64,000 nt of DNA. Source: Opitutaceae bacterium (GTDB lineage Bacteria; Verrucomicrobiota; Verrucomicrobiia; Opitutales; Opitutaceae). The notes beneath the pieces were generated by a model. That model was not told the origin of the DNA. It did not search any database and saw only the letters and a program-made list of their open reading frames with translations. The translations under genes and the position numbers were made by a program. Positions 8,997 to 18,731 of this stretch are shown in pieces; position 1 is the stretch's first letter, and the number at the start of each line of letters is the position of its first letter. Where the stretch lies: NCBI GenBank assembly GCA_031379235.1, contig JANNEY010000083.1, forward strand, positions 19,693 to 83,692, given 5' to 3'.

Positions 8997-11900
8997 ACTC
9001 CGGCGGCTGGAGGAAATCGGCCCAACTGATCCAGCCTTGATGCTTATAGACTGTGGCTGGATTGCGTGGAATGTCCTGCGGTAGATTGCCGCGGATATGG
9101 CACCACTCGGTCCAAGCGGTTCCGGTTTTCAAACCGAGTGTTCGCGCAAGAGCGCGAGCTTCGTCAAATGGGCGAAAGACTTTCTCGAATGGCGCGATGG
9201 TTCCTGTGCCCAGCCAATCCCCCCATCCGCGCCACACATCTCCGTAAACATTTTTCGGATTTCTCGGGATATCGGAAGGACGCGACGGTTTATCGGGGAC
9301 TTCGCCGTTAATGTAACGAGACCAATGAGTCGAACTGGTAAGTTCGAGGCTTTGCACAAAGGCTCGGGCAGAGGAGAATTCTCTGAAGCGGCTAGCTCGG
9401 GTCGCCCGGCGCGGTAATTCGATTCCCAGCCAATCACCCCAGGTAAATCCGGAGGCGGCGTAAGTCTGATTGGGGTTGCGAGGAATGCCGACCGGCATCG
9501 GTGATTGACCCTTGAGTTGGCCTCGGGCGTAACGAGCCCATTCACCGTGAAATCGTAGCCCGAGCGCGCGAACAAAGGCACGGGCCTCAGGATAAGGTAG
9601 ATAAGACCGTTGCTTTCCTGCTGTCTGTCCGTTCCCGAGCCAATCACCATATCCCTCCCACCCCATCCCTTTGTAGTAGTGTTCCGGCCCAGCAGGAACT
9701 CCTGCAAGACGTGGAGGGAGGTGGGGCATCTTTCCTGTGCAGTATCGTCGCCATGCACGTTGGCCAGATAGTTTTAGGCTTCGTGCGAACTCACGTGCCT
9801 TGTCGAAGGCCATCAATGTAAACTCGCCATATTCACCATTTCCACGCCCAACCCAATGGGCCCAATTGATCCAGCCTTTGCCACGATATCCGTGCATTGG
9901 GTTGCGCGGAATATCAGGCGGCAACGGTGGTTTGCCCTCAATTCCTCTCCGGGCGTAAATGCGCCATTCGGTGCCGTCTTTTATTCCTAGTGCTGCAACG
10001 AAAGCACGGGCCTCGTCGTGAGGCCGAAGTTGCTTTCGTGTTGCGGGACGGCGATGGCCGAGAAAGTCACCCCAATCGATCCAACCATTCTTTTCGTAAA
10101 CGCTCGGTGGCGTCTGAGGAATATCGCGAGGAATTTGGCCGGCTTTCCACCGCCTTATCCACTCAGGTTGTTTTGTGATTCCGCTTTGCCGCGCCCACTC
10201 CCGCGCCTCATTGAAGGTGCGATAGTCGAGCTTCGCCATGGTCTCCCAGCATTTGACCTCGATCTTGCTGGCGAATTCATCGGCGTTCACGCCGAGCGGC
10301 GAGACGACATTCGCGAAGTCGAAGTCGACCAAGCCACCCACTTCCGGCGTGCGGCCCGCAGCTATGCCACGGAACCATTCGATGATGCGTTCGTCGTGGG
10401 CCGCCAGCGCGCGCAGAACGAAAAGCACAAATTTAAAGGCACTCGTCGCGGTGACTTCGTCGAGCGTCGCGCCGTCGGGGACGACGAGGGGGAGCAAAAT
10501 GTAGCCACGCGTTTTTCCCGACGCGAGGCGGAGGGCGCGGCCGGCCGCTTGCACAATTTCGATCGTGCTCCCTTTCGGGTCGGCGAAGAAGACGCAGTCG
10601 ATACGGGGCACGTCTACGCCTTCGGTGAGGCAGCGGGCGTTGGTGATCAGTGAAGGCGCAACGGCGAGGAAGTGTTTGATCTCCCGCTGTCGGGCGCCGC
10701 TGCCGAGTTTGCCTGAAACGTGAAAAGCGGGGATCGGCGTCTCGCTTGCGAGGTGCGCGTTCAGATCATTGCAAAGAGCGGTGAAACGGGCCGCGCGAGC
10801 GATGCTGCTGTGGAAGGAAACGGTGTGCCGCACGCCATGGACGGCAGTCGCTCGTCGCAGCGCGATGAGACTGGCGAGGGCCAGCGCGGTGATTTCGTCG
10901 GGACCGTCGGGGCCAAGGTCGAGCCAGCGGTTGGCGGCGACGAGCGCGGCGACATCCGACTGGCGCACGCCGATGGTGAGGATGCGGTAGTCGCAGAGGA
11001 TGGCGGGCTCGGCGGCGATGGCGGCTTTGAACGAGAGCTTGTAGAATTCCTCACCGTAAAGCGCGGGGTCCTCCATCGACACGATGTCGTCAGAGGTGCC
11101 CGCGAAACGTCGCTCGGTGGCCGTCATGAAGAGGCGACGCGGGAGTGGGAGATTGGCGTCGTCGAGGAGATGGGCGAAGACGCCGGCAGCTTTGCCCGTG
11201 GTCTTGTGGGCCTCGTCGAGGACGGCGAAATCGAAGGCGAAGCCGGCGGTGCGCGCGGCGGCGGCGAGGACGGGCGAGCTTTGGTAGGTCGTCAGGACAA
11301 CGAATAGGCTGGGCGTGGCGCTCAGCGTCGTGAGGTGCGCGGCGAGGGCGGCGGGTGCGGTGTCGCACGGGATGCCGAGTTCGTGGACATGGGCGACGGT
11401 TTCCGCGCTTTCGACGCGGGTGACTTCGTCGTCGCTGCAGACGCAGAGCCAGTCGACTGGGCGGTTGTCAGCGAGGGCTTCGCGCATCCATGTCTCAAGC
11501 GTCTGGCGGACGAGGGCGAGGCTGGGGACGGCGATGAGCACGCGCGTCACTGCAAGTTCGCGGGCGATCCAGTATGCGGTGAGACTTTTTCCCGAGCCGC
11601 AGGGGCTGATGAGTTTGCCGCGGGCTTCGTTGCGGTCGCGGTAGTGAACGAGCGCGGCGGCGATGGCGGCGTGTTGGTGGGCTTGAGGAACGCGCAGCAA
11701 CGGGCGCGCGGGCGGGGCGGTGGCGGCGAAAGAATCGCGGAGCGAAGCGAAGAAATCGGGGCCAAGTTCGCTCCACGTTTCCGCGGTGAGATCGCCGAGT
11801 TTTGGGAGGTCCTCGAGGATTCCTGGAATGCGCGCGGTCGTCGTGCAGACGAGGGCGAAGACGATCTCACGGCAGACGGTGAAAGTGAGCGAGGTGAACG

Positions 11901-12225
11901 TCGCCAGCTCGCGGTGAGTGAGTGTGGCGTTGGCGTTGCTCCGATATTTCGCCTGAATGCCCCAGAATTCACCGCTGTGTGTGCGGGCGAGAAGGTCGAT
12001 GCCCTCATCGCGAGGCGGGAAATTCAGGCGGGCACGGAGGTCGGCGGGGACTTCGTGGTGAAACCAGACTTCGGCGAGCTTCGTGCGGTATTTCGGGTCG
12101 AAGCGCAGGTAATGGCGAACGACATGCTCGAAAGCGGTGCCGCGGTCACGCTCGGTGAGCGTGCTGGCGACGGCGATAAAGTCGTCCCATGAATTGATGC
12201 GTTTGAAAATCGGGAGCGGCTGCAT
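8965..12225 (-). CDS. Mrr-like restriction nuclease + SF2 DEAH helicase + six C-terminal tandem repeats
   Basis: FE..V...GIDLL...GIQAKY nuclease motif, SPCGSGKS, LDEAHK, MTATER, LTEGVDVP, QAAGRALR, then six F.EAR.F...LG...W...P..IP.NP..Y...GW..WGDWLG units. Confidence 0.88.
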   Translation of the reverse strand: MQPLPIFKRINSWDDFIAVASTLTERDRGTAFEHVVRHYLRFDPKYRTKLAEVWFHHEVPADLRARLNFPPRDEGIDLLARTHSGEFWGIQAKYRSNANATLTHRELATFTSLTFTVCREIVFALVCTTTARIPGILEDLPKLGDLTAETWSELGPDFFASLRDSFAATAPPARPLLRVPQAHQHAAIAAALVHYRDRNEARGKLISPCGSGKSLTAYWIARELAVTRVLIAVPSLALVRQTLETWMREALADNRPVDWLCVCSDDEVTRVESAETVAHVHELGIPCDTAPAALAAHLTTLSATPSLFVVLTTYQSSPVLAAAARTAGFAFDFAVLDEAHKTTGKAAGVFAHLLDDANLPLPRRLFMTATERRFAGTSDDIVSMEDPALYGEEFYKLSFKAAIAAEPAILCDYRILTIGVRQSDVAALVAANRWLDLGPDGPDEITALALASLIALRRATAVHGVRHTVSFHSSIARAARFTALCNDLNAHLASETPIPAFHVSGKLGSGARQREIKHFLAVAPSLITNARCLTEGVDVPRIDCVFFADPKGSTIEIVQAAGRALRLASGKTRGYILLPLVVPDGATLDEVTATSAFKFVLFVLRALAAHDERIIEWFRGIAAGRTPEVGGLVDFDFANVVSPLGVNADEFASKIEVKCWETMAKLDYRTFNEAREWARQSGITKQPEWIRRWKAGQIPRDIPQTPPSVYEKNGWIDWGDFLGHRRPATRKQLRPHDEARAFVAALGIKDGTEWRIYARRGIEGKPPLPPDIPRNPMHGYRGKGWINWAHWVGRGNGEYGEFTLMAFDKAREFARSLKLSGQRAWRRYCTGKMPHLPPRLAGVPAGPEHYYKGMGWEGYGDWLGNGQTAGKQRSYLPYPEARAFVRALGLRFHGEWARYARGQLKGQSPMPVGIPRNPNQTYAASGFTWGDWLGIELPRRATRASRFREFSSARAFVQSLELTSSTHWSRYINGEVPDKPSRPSDIPRNPKNVYGDVWRGWGDWLGTGTIAPFEKVFRPFDEARALARTLGLKTGTAWTEWCHIRGNLPQDIPRNPATVYKHQGWISWADFLQPPESKNLPAETSP
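9000..10240 (-). repeat. Six ~65-72 aa protein repeats (resemble the phage-integrase repeat unit)
   Basis: Units begin YRTFNEAR, LRPHDEAR, MAFDKAR, LPYPEAR, REFSSAR and RPFDEAR, and each ends in a W..W.D/H-F/W-L/V motif. Confidence 0.8.
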
Positions 12226-12385
12226 CGCGACGGGATTCCTTGGGTGCGGAACAGACTACGGCAAGCCCGCTCGCGAGATCAGCTCAAGGCAACTCCCTCG
12301 CGCGGCCGAGAAATTCGCCCGCTTCTCCAAACCCTCCTCACGCCGCCATTGCCGCCGCTCCCATTCCCGCGCACAACTTCCGTGC

Positions 12386-12991
12386 GTGAACCCCACCCCT
12401 TCAAAACTGATCCGCCGCACGCACATGTATCTGGCGCTGTTTCTCACGCCGTGGATGCTCATCTACGCGCTGAGCGGATTGGTGCTGAATCACGGGCCGG
12501 CTGTGCGCGCCTTCTACGGCGCCGCGTGGGGTCAGTTTGAAAAGGTCGAAGAGCGACCCTACACCGCCGCGTTTTCCGAGGGCGCCGACAATCGCATGAT
12601 CGGCGCGCAGGTGCTCGAACACCTGGGGCTCTCGGGCACGTTCAACGTCCAAGGCCAGCCCAACCAACCGCGGCTGGTCATCACGCGCAACGCCGCGTTC
12701 TCCGCGCATCGCGTCACGTATTTCCGCACCGAGAATCGGCTGCTCGTCGAGAAGCAGGCGTTCTCCGCGCCGGTCTTCCTAAATCGCGCGCACTTCCGGC
12801 ACGGCTACGAGCAGCCGTTCTTGGCGGCGAAAATCTGGGCGGTGATCGTGGACCTCGCCGTGGTCGGGATGCTGTTCTGGATTCTGTCGGGCCTCTGGAT
12901 GTGGTGGGAAATCAAACCCGCCCGGCTCACCGGCGCGGCCTTCGCGCTGGTCGGCGTCGCGATGTTCGGCGTCGTGCTCGCGACCATCTGA
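12386..12991 (+). CDS. PepSY-associated TM helix membrane protein
   Basis: RRTHMYLALF...LSGLVLNH and LNRAHFRHGY...WAVIVD...LSGLWMWW motifs. Confidence 0.75.
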   Translation: MNPTPSKLIRRTHMYLALFLTPWMLIYALSGLVLNHGPAVRAFYGAAWGQFEKVEERPYTAAFSEGADNRMIGAQVLEHLGLSGTFNVQGQPNQPRLVITRNAAFSAHRVTYFRTENRLLVEKQAFSAPVFLNRAHFRHGYEQPFLAAKIWAVIVDLAVVGMLFWILSGLWMWWEIKPARLTGAAFALVGVAMFGVVLATI

Positions 12992-13005
12992 CGGAGACCA
13001 CCCCG

Positions 13006-13599
13006 ATGAAAAACTGGAATCTCCTCTTCCGCCGGACGCACCTCTACCTCGGAATGATCATGCTGCCGTGGATGGCGATGTATGCCGTGTCCACGTTTCT
13101 GCTCAATCACGGCGAACACTTCCGGCCCCGCCCCGCCGATCTGCAGTGGCGGCTGCTCTGGGAAAAGGACTACGCGCTCGACGTGCCGCCGGGGACCGAC
13201 GCCCTCCGCGCCACCGCGCAACGCGTGCTGACCGACAGCGGCGTGAGCGGCGGCTTCGGCGTCCAGCGCCAGGGCCAGCGGCTCAACATCAACGTGCTGA
13301 ATTTCTTCGCGCCCACGCGGCTCACCTACGACATCGCCGGAAAAAAACTGCGCGCCGAAACGCGCAATCACACCTGGGCCGAAGTCCTGATCCGTCTCCA
13401 TGAACGCACGGGCTATGGCCGCGGCGGATTTCTCCACGATCTCTGGGCGCTCATCGTCGATTTCTTTTGCCTCGGCCTGCTGGCCTGGATCGCCACCGGC
13501 CTCTATCTCTGGTGGAAACTCTCCGCCGCGCGCCGTTGGGGTTTCATCGCCATCGGCGGCGGCGGCGCCACGATCGTCACGCTGGTCCTCACCCTCTGA
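13006..13599 (+). CDS. PepSY-associated TM helix membrane protein (paralog of upstream gene)
   Basis: RRTHLYLG...LLNH and LIRLHERTGY...WALIVD...TGLYLWW motifs. Confidence 0.75.
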   Translation: MKNWNLLFRRTHLYLGMIMLPWMAMYAVSTFLLNHGEHFRPRPADLQWRLLWEKDYALDVPPGTDALRATAQRVLTDSGVSGGFGVQRQGQRLNINVLNFFAPTRLTYDIAGKKLRAETRNHTWAEVLIRLHERTGYGRGGFLHDLWALIVDFFCLGLLAWIATGLYLWWKLSAARRWGFIAIGGGGATIVTLVLTL

Positions 13600-13654
13600 A
13601 CTGGGCGCGATTTTTTCGTCTTCGGCTGAAATCTTCCGTCCCGCGCTTCTCCGT

Positions 13655-15274
13655 ATGAAAACATTCATCCCCTTCTCCGGCCTCGCCGTCCTCGTCGCCT
13701 TCGTCTCGCTCGTCGCCGGCTCCGGCCCCGCTCTCGCACAAGCCGATCCTGCGCCCGGCTACAAGCAGCGCGTCGCCACCGACGTCGAGGCGATGCGCAA
13801 GCAGACGCAGGTCATGATCGACATGGTGTTCAGTTTCGCGGAGCTCGGCTTCCAGGAATTCGAGACCTCGAAATACCTCACCGGCATCCTCGAGCAAGAG
13901 GGTTTCAAAATCGAGCGCGGCATCGCCGGCATGCCGACCGCCTGGGTCGCCACGTGGGGCTCGGGCCATCCCGTCATCGCCCTCGGCTCCGACATCGACT
14001 GCATCCCGCAAGCTTCGCAGAAACCCGGCGTCGCCTACCGCGATCCGATTGTCGTCGGCGCGCCCGGCCACGGCGAGGGCCACAATTCCGGTCAGCCGCT
14101 CAACCTCACCGCGGCCCTCGCCGTGAAGCGTCTGATGCAGCGCGAGCAGCTCCCCGGCACCCTCAAGCTCTGGCCCGGCGTCGCCGAGGAGCAGCTCGGC
14201 GGCAAGGCCCACCTCGTGCGCGCCGGTGTGTTTCGCGACGCCGACGCCGTGATCTTCAGCCACGTCTCAAACGAGTTTCGCACCACGTGGGGCACCGGCC
14301 CCAACACCGGTCTCGTCTCCGTCGAGTATGCGTTCGCCGGCGAGAGCGCGCACGCCGCCGGCTCCCCGTGGCGCGGGCGCAGTGCGCTCGATGCCGTCGA
14401 GCTCATGAACGTCGGTTGGAACTACCGCCGCGAGCACCTCCGCCTCCAGCACCGCTCGCACTACGTCATCACCAACGGCGGCGACCAACCCAACGTCGTC
14501 CCGCAAAACGCGAGCGTCTGGTATTTTTTCCGTGAGCTCGACTACGAGCATATCAAGGAACTCCACGCCATCGGCGACACGATGGCGCGCGCCGCCGCCC
14601 TGATGAGCAACACCACCATGACCACGCGCGTGCTCGGCTCCGCCTGGCCCGGCCATTTCAACCGGCCTATCGCCGAAGCCATGCACGCAAACATCAAGGC
14701 CGTCGGCCTGCCCGCTTGGAGCGAGGCCGACCTCAAGCTCGCGCGCGCCCTCCAAGCCGAGCTCAAGGCCCCGATCACCGGCCTGCCCCTCGCGCTGAAA
14801 AATCTCCAAGGCCCCGCCACCGAAGAGACGCGCACCGGCGGCTCCGACGACATCGGCGACGTTTCGTGGACCGTCCCCACCATCGTCCTCAACTACCCCG
14901 CCAACATCCCCGGCCTGCCCGGCCACAACTGGGCCAACGCGATCGCGATGGCCACGCCCATCGCGCACCAAGGCACCACCGCCGGCGCCAAGGCTCTCGC
15001 AATGACACTCGTCGATCTGCTCACCAAGCCCGCCCTCGTCGCCCAAGCCCGGGAGTATTTCGAGAAGGAGCAGACGAAAGGGAAAAAATACCAGCCCCTC
15101 ATCGGCCCCGAGGACAAACCGGCCACGTGGCTCAACACCCGCATCATGGCCGACCACCGCGAGGCGATGAAGAAATTCTATTTCGATCCCGCGAAACACG
15201 ACACCTACCTCGAGCAACTCGGCATCGCCTACCCCACCGTGCGCACGGGCGCGGGAGAGCCGGCAAAAAAGTAA
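13655..15274 (+). CDS. M20-family amidohydrolase (AbgB-like), exported
   Basis: Signal peptide, ELGFQEFETS, GSDIDCIP, GHGEGHN, GVAEE, HAAGSPWRGRSALDAVE, GGSDDIGDVSW. Confidence 0.88.
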   Translation: MKTFIPFSGLAVLVAFVSLVAGSGPALAQADPAPGYKQRVATDVEAMRKQTQVMIDMVFSFAELGFQEFETSKYLTGILEQEGFKIERGIAGMPTAWVATWGSGHPVIALGSDIDCIPQASQKPGVAYRDPIVVGAPGHGEGHNSGQPLNLTAALAVKRLMQREQLPGTLKLWPGVAEEQLGGKAHLVRAGVFRDADAVIFSHVSNEFRTTWGTGPNTGLVSVEYAFAGESAHAAGSPWRGRSALDAVELMNVGWNYRREHLRLQHRSHYVITNGGDQPNVVPQNASVWYFFRELDYEHIKELHAIGDTMARAAALMSNTTMTTRVLGSAWPGHFNRPIAEAMHANIKAVGLPAWSEADLKLARALQAELKAPITGLPLALKNLQGPATEETRTGGSDDIGDVSWTVPTIVLNYPANIPGLPGHNWANAIAMATPIAHQGTTAGAKALAMTLVDLLTKPALVAQAREYFEKEQTKGKKYQPLIGPEDKPATWLNTRIMADHREAMKKFYFDPAKHDTYLEQLGIAYPTVRTGAGEPAKK

Positions 15275-15292
15275 ACCTCACCTCCACCCTCC

Positions 15293-16759
15293 GTGATCCC
15301 AACAACACCCCGCTCCCTCACCCTCCTCACCGCGCTGCTGGCCTTCGCGTCCCTTCCGTCGCTTTCTTTCGCCGCAACCGCCCGCCCCCCGAACATCCTC
15401 CATCTCCACGCCGACGATCATCGCGCCGATGGCCTACGTGGGCTCGGCCATCCGCTGCTCGAGACGCCCCACCTCGACACGCTCGTCGCGCGCGGCACGA
15501 CCTTCACGCACTGCTACACGCAGGGCTCGATGGTCGGCGCCGTCTGCCTCCCGAGCCGCACGATGCTGCTCACCGGCAAATCCTGGCGCCGCATCCCCAA
15601 CGGCCGCGACGCCAGCGCCGACGCCTCGCAATCGCTCCCGAAAGTCCTCAGCCGCGCGGGCTACACGACCTTTCACGTCGGCAAGGGCGGCAACGAATTC
15701 ACCGCCGGGCTCAACGCCTTCGACACGAATCTCGTCATGAATGACGGCGGCGCCGAACTGCGCCGCGGCTCGAGCGAGCGGCACGCCGATGCCGCGATCA
15801 AGTTTCTCAAGGAGCGTCCGTCTTCCACTGCCGCCACGCCCGCGAAACCGTTCTACATCTATTTCGCCCCGCCTGTGCCGCACGACCCGCGCGTCGCCGC
15901 GCCCGAATTTCACGGCCGCTACGATCCCAAAAAAATTCCGCTCTCGCCCGCCTTTCTCCCGCAGCACCCGTGGGACAACGGCGACATGGCCGTGCGTGAC
16001 GAACAGCTTGCCCCGTGGCCCCGCACGCCCGAGGACACCAAGCAGCAACTTGCCGACTATTACGCGTGCATCACCGGCCTCGATCACCACATCGGCCGCG
16101 TGTTCGCCGCGCTCAAGGCCGCGGGCGAATGGGACAACACGATCATCATCTTCACCGGCGACAACGGCCTCTCGCTCGGCGAGCACGGCCTCTTCGGCAA
16201 ACAAAACCTCTACGAGTTTGGCGGCATGCACGTCCCGTGCGTCATCGCCGGCCCCGGCATCCCGCACGGCCGCCGCGATGCGCTCGTTTACCTGATGGAT
16301 TTGTTTCCGACGTTTTGCGATTTCGCCGGCGCTAAAATCCCCGCCGGCGTCGAGGCCCACAGCCTCGCCCCGATCATTTACGGCCGCGTGCAAAAAGTCC
16401 GCGACGTCCTCTACACCGGCTACCAAGCCGGCCAGCGCGCGCTCCGCGACGATCGCTGGAAACTCATCCGCTATCCGCTCGTCGACCGCACGCAGCTCTT
16501 CGATCTCGCCGCCGATCCGCTCGAGTTGAAAAACCTCGCCACCGATCCCGCGCACGCCCCGCGCGTCGTGGCCATGACCGCGCTCCTCCAGCGAGAAATG
16601 AAAAATTACGCCGACGACGCGCCGCTCACCGTTGCGAATCCCAAACCCGCCGCATGGACCCCGCCCGCACCCGGCCAAATTCCTGCCGACGCCTCCGCCC
16701 CGAAAAAAGGCAAAGGCAAGGCGGCGCCCAACGCCGCGGGACCAGACCGGCCACGATAA
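15293..16759 (+). CDS. Sulfatase (choline-sulfatase-like)
   Basis: PNILHLHADD, CLPSRTMLLTG, GDNG, HGLFGKQNLY. Confidence 0.92.
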   Translation: MIPTTPRSLTLLTALLAFASLPSLSFAATARPPNILHLHADDHRADGLRGLGHPLLETPHLDTLVARGTTFTHCYTQGSMVGAVCLPSRTMLLTGKSWRRIPNGRDASADASQSLPKVLSRAGYTTFHVGKGGNEFTAGLNAFDTNLVMNDGGAELRRGSSERHADAAIKFLKERPSSTAATPAKPFYIYFAPPVPHDPRVAAPEFHGRYDPKKIPLSPAFLPQHPWDNGDMAVRDEQLAPWPRTPEDTKQQLADYYACITGLDHHIGRVFAALKAAGEWDNTIIIFTGDNGLSLGEHGLFGKQNLYEFGGMHVPCVIAGPGIPHGRRDALVYLMDLFPTFCDFAGAKIPAGVEAHSLAPIIYGRVQKVRDVLYTGYQAGQRALRDDRWKLIRYPLVDRTQLFDLAADPLELKNLATDPAHAPRVVAMTALLQREMKNYADDAPLTVANPKPAAWTPPAPGQIPADASAPKKGKGKAAPNAAGPDRPR

Positions 16760-16875
16760 AACCCCGTTGCCCCACTCCACCTGCCGGTCTATTTTTTCCG
16801 GCAGTCACCAGCGCCAGTGCGCGATTGTGAAGCGTTGCGCCCCCCTTTTCTTTCCACCGTTGCCCACCGCCTCCC

Positions 16876-17916
16876 ATGATCCGGCCGCTGCATTTTTTCA
16901 CCCTCCTCCTCGCGGTCGCCGCGGCGCTGCCGGCGCGCGCCGATGAAGCCGCCTGCCGTGAGGCCGCACGGCGCGGACTCGCGCTCGTCACGCGGGCCGC
17001 GACCAACTGGCAGAAAAACAAAACCTGTTTCTCCTGCCACCACCAGACCCTGCCGATGCTCGCGATGGTCGAGTCCGCGCGCGCCGGTTTCGCCCCGGAC
17101 GCCGCCTGGCTCAAGTCGCAGGCCGACACCACGCACCGGTATTTCGCTACTCGCATCGAGGAGATGGATGGGGGCGATCACGTGCCCGGTGGCGCGGCCA
17201 CGACCGCGTTTGGTTTCTGGGCGCTCCAGCTCGACCACCGGCCGGCCGACGCAACCACCACGGCGATGGTGGCCTATCTGCTCCAGATTCAGGGCGTCGC
17301 TCGCACGCGTGACCGCAAAGCCAGCCCTCTGCCCAAACTTGAGGACGGCCGCTGGCAGGCCTCCTGCCGCCGCGCGCCGATGCAGGCGTCGTTCGTCGGC
17401 GACACCGCTCTCGTCCTGATGGGCTTGGAACACTACGCGACGCCGGCCCAACGCCCGCGGGTAGCGCAGGCGCGCGCCGCGGCGGAGAAGTGGCTGGCTG
17501 CGGTGCCGTTGAAAGATCAGCAAGATCGCGTCTGGCGTCTCTGGGGGCTGCATCATCTCGGCGGCGACGAGCAAATGAAGACGCGTGTGCGCGCCGCCAT
17601 CCTCACGGCGCAGCGCGACGACGGCGGCTGGGCCGAGGGCGACGGCCGGACGAGCGACGCCTACTCGACCGCCCAAACCATGTTCATGTTGTGCAAGACC
17701 GGCACTGCGCTCGATTCCGCGGCGATCATCCGCGCTCGCGACTACCTGCTGCGCACGCAGCAGGCCGACGGATCGTGGCTCGCCGAGTCGCATGTGAAGG
17801 TCAAGGCGCAGCCCTATTTCGAAAACGGCGATCCGCACGGCGAACACCAGTTTCTTTCCACCGCCGCCACCGCGTGGGCGACGGCGGCGCTGGTGCAATT
17901 GTTGCCGCCCAAATGA
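16876..17916 (+). CDS. Exported prenyltransferase/squalene-cyclase-like alpha-toroid repeat protein with CxxCH
   Basis: Signal peptide, CFSCHH, QW-type repeats (EDGRW, QRDDGGW, QQADGSW). No DxDD cyclase motif. Confidence 0.7.
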   Translation: MIRPLHFFTLLLAVAAALPARADEAACREAARRGLALVTRAATNWQKNKTCFSCHHQTLPMLAMVESARAGFAPDAAWLKSQADTTHRYFATRIEEMDGGDHVPGGAATTAFGFWALQLDHRPADATTTAMVAYLLQIQGVARTRDRKASPLPKLEDGRWQASCRRAPMQASFVGDTALVLMGLEHYATPAQRPRVAQARAAAEKWLAAVPLKDQQDRVWRLWGLHHLGGDEQMKTRVRAAILTAQRDDGGWAEGDGRTSDAYSTAQTMFMLCKTGTALDSAAIIRARDYLLRTQQADGSWLAESHVKVKAQPYFENGDPHGEHQFLSTAATAWATAALVQLLPPK

Positions 17917-18670
17917 AACGCGCTCTCGGCGCGCTCGCCCTCACCGCCCTGCTGCTGGCTCGGCCGATTAGGCTCCACGCCGCCGCTGCGCTCAATTCGG
18001 CGGACGTCCGATCCGCGTTCAAATCAAACCTGCAGACGACCCTGCACCGACACTTGAACCTATTGCTCCGCGCCGACGGGTCTCTCGCCGCGCTCAAGGG
18101 CAAGACCGCCGCGATGGCCATGGCCGCCGGGATGGTCAGCGCCTACGGGCGCGCCTTTGCCCCCAGCTCTCCGCGCGCCTGAAGCAAAAGGCGGACAAGT
18201 GCATCTACGCCCAGATTCTTCCCGCGCAGGAGGCGGATGGCTTCTGGCACTACGGCCTAACGGGCAATGACCCGAAGGACAAGGACGTGCTCGGCTACTT
18301 CACGCTCACGACGAAGGTGCTGATGGCCCTGTAGCGTTTCAACCCCGCGTATCGCGAGGAGTGCTTGAACGCCGCCCTGAAAAAAGCCCAGGCTTTCGCG
18401 CTTGAGGTCATCGCGTCCACGACCGAGCCGAACCACGGGTCCGCGATTCGGGAGCACGCCACCCGCGGCGCGCCGTCGCACTACTCGGTAAACGAGGATT
18501 CCAAGCGCAGTTTCCAGCTCGGCCTGATCTTGATCGGCGGCGGGCACATGGAAGAGGGCACAAAGATCATGAACGCCGCCCTCGCCCATTTCCCTTTCGG
18601 CCACGCCGGCCAGGACGGCGCCCACGCGGCCGAGCCGTCTGCGCTCATTCTTTCCGGATTGGGAAAGTGA
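17913..18670 (+). pseudogene. Disrupted exported protein with a QW-type repeat
   Basis: ATGA overlap with the upstream stop, signal peptide MKRALGALAL, frameshift near 18150, then QLSARLK...QEADGFWHY...LMAL, an in-frame TAG at 18332, and continuation into ORF 18365..18670. Confidence 0.7.
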
Positions 18671-18731
18671 CGCGCTCCCGGAAACTCGCGGCTTTTCCCC
18701 ACGGGCAGATTGGTCCATCGATGAACCACCG

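Noticed and set aside
16876-17916. True squalene-hopene cyclase
   Set aside because: Too short, has a signal peptide and lacks the DxDD protonation motif.
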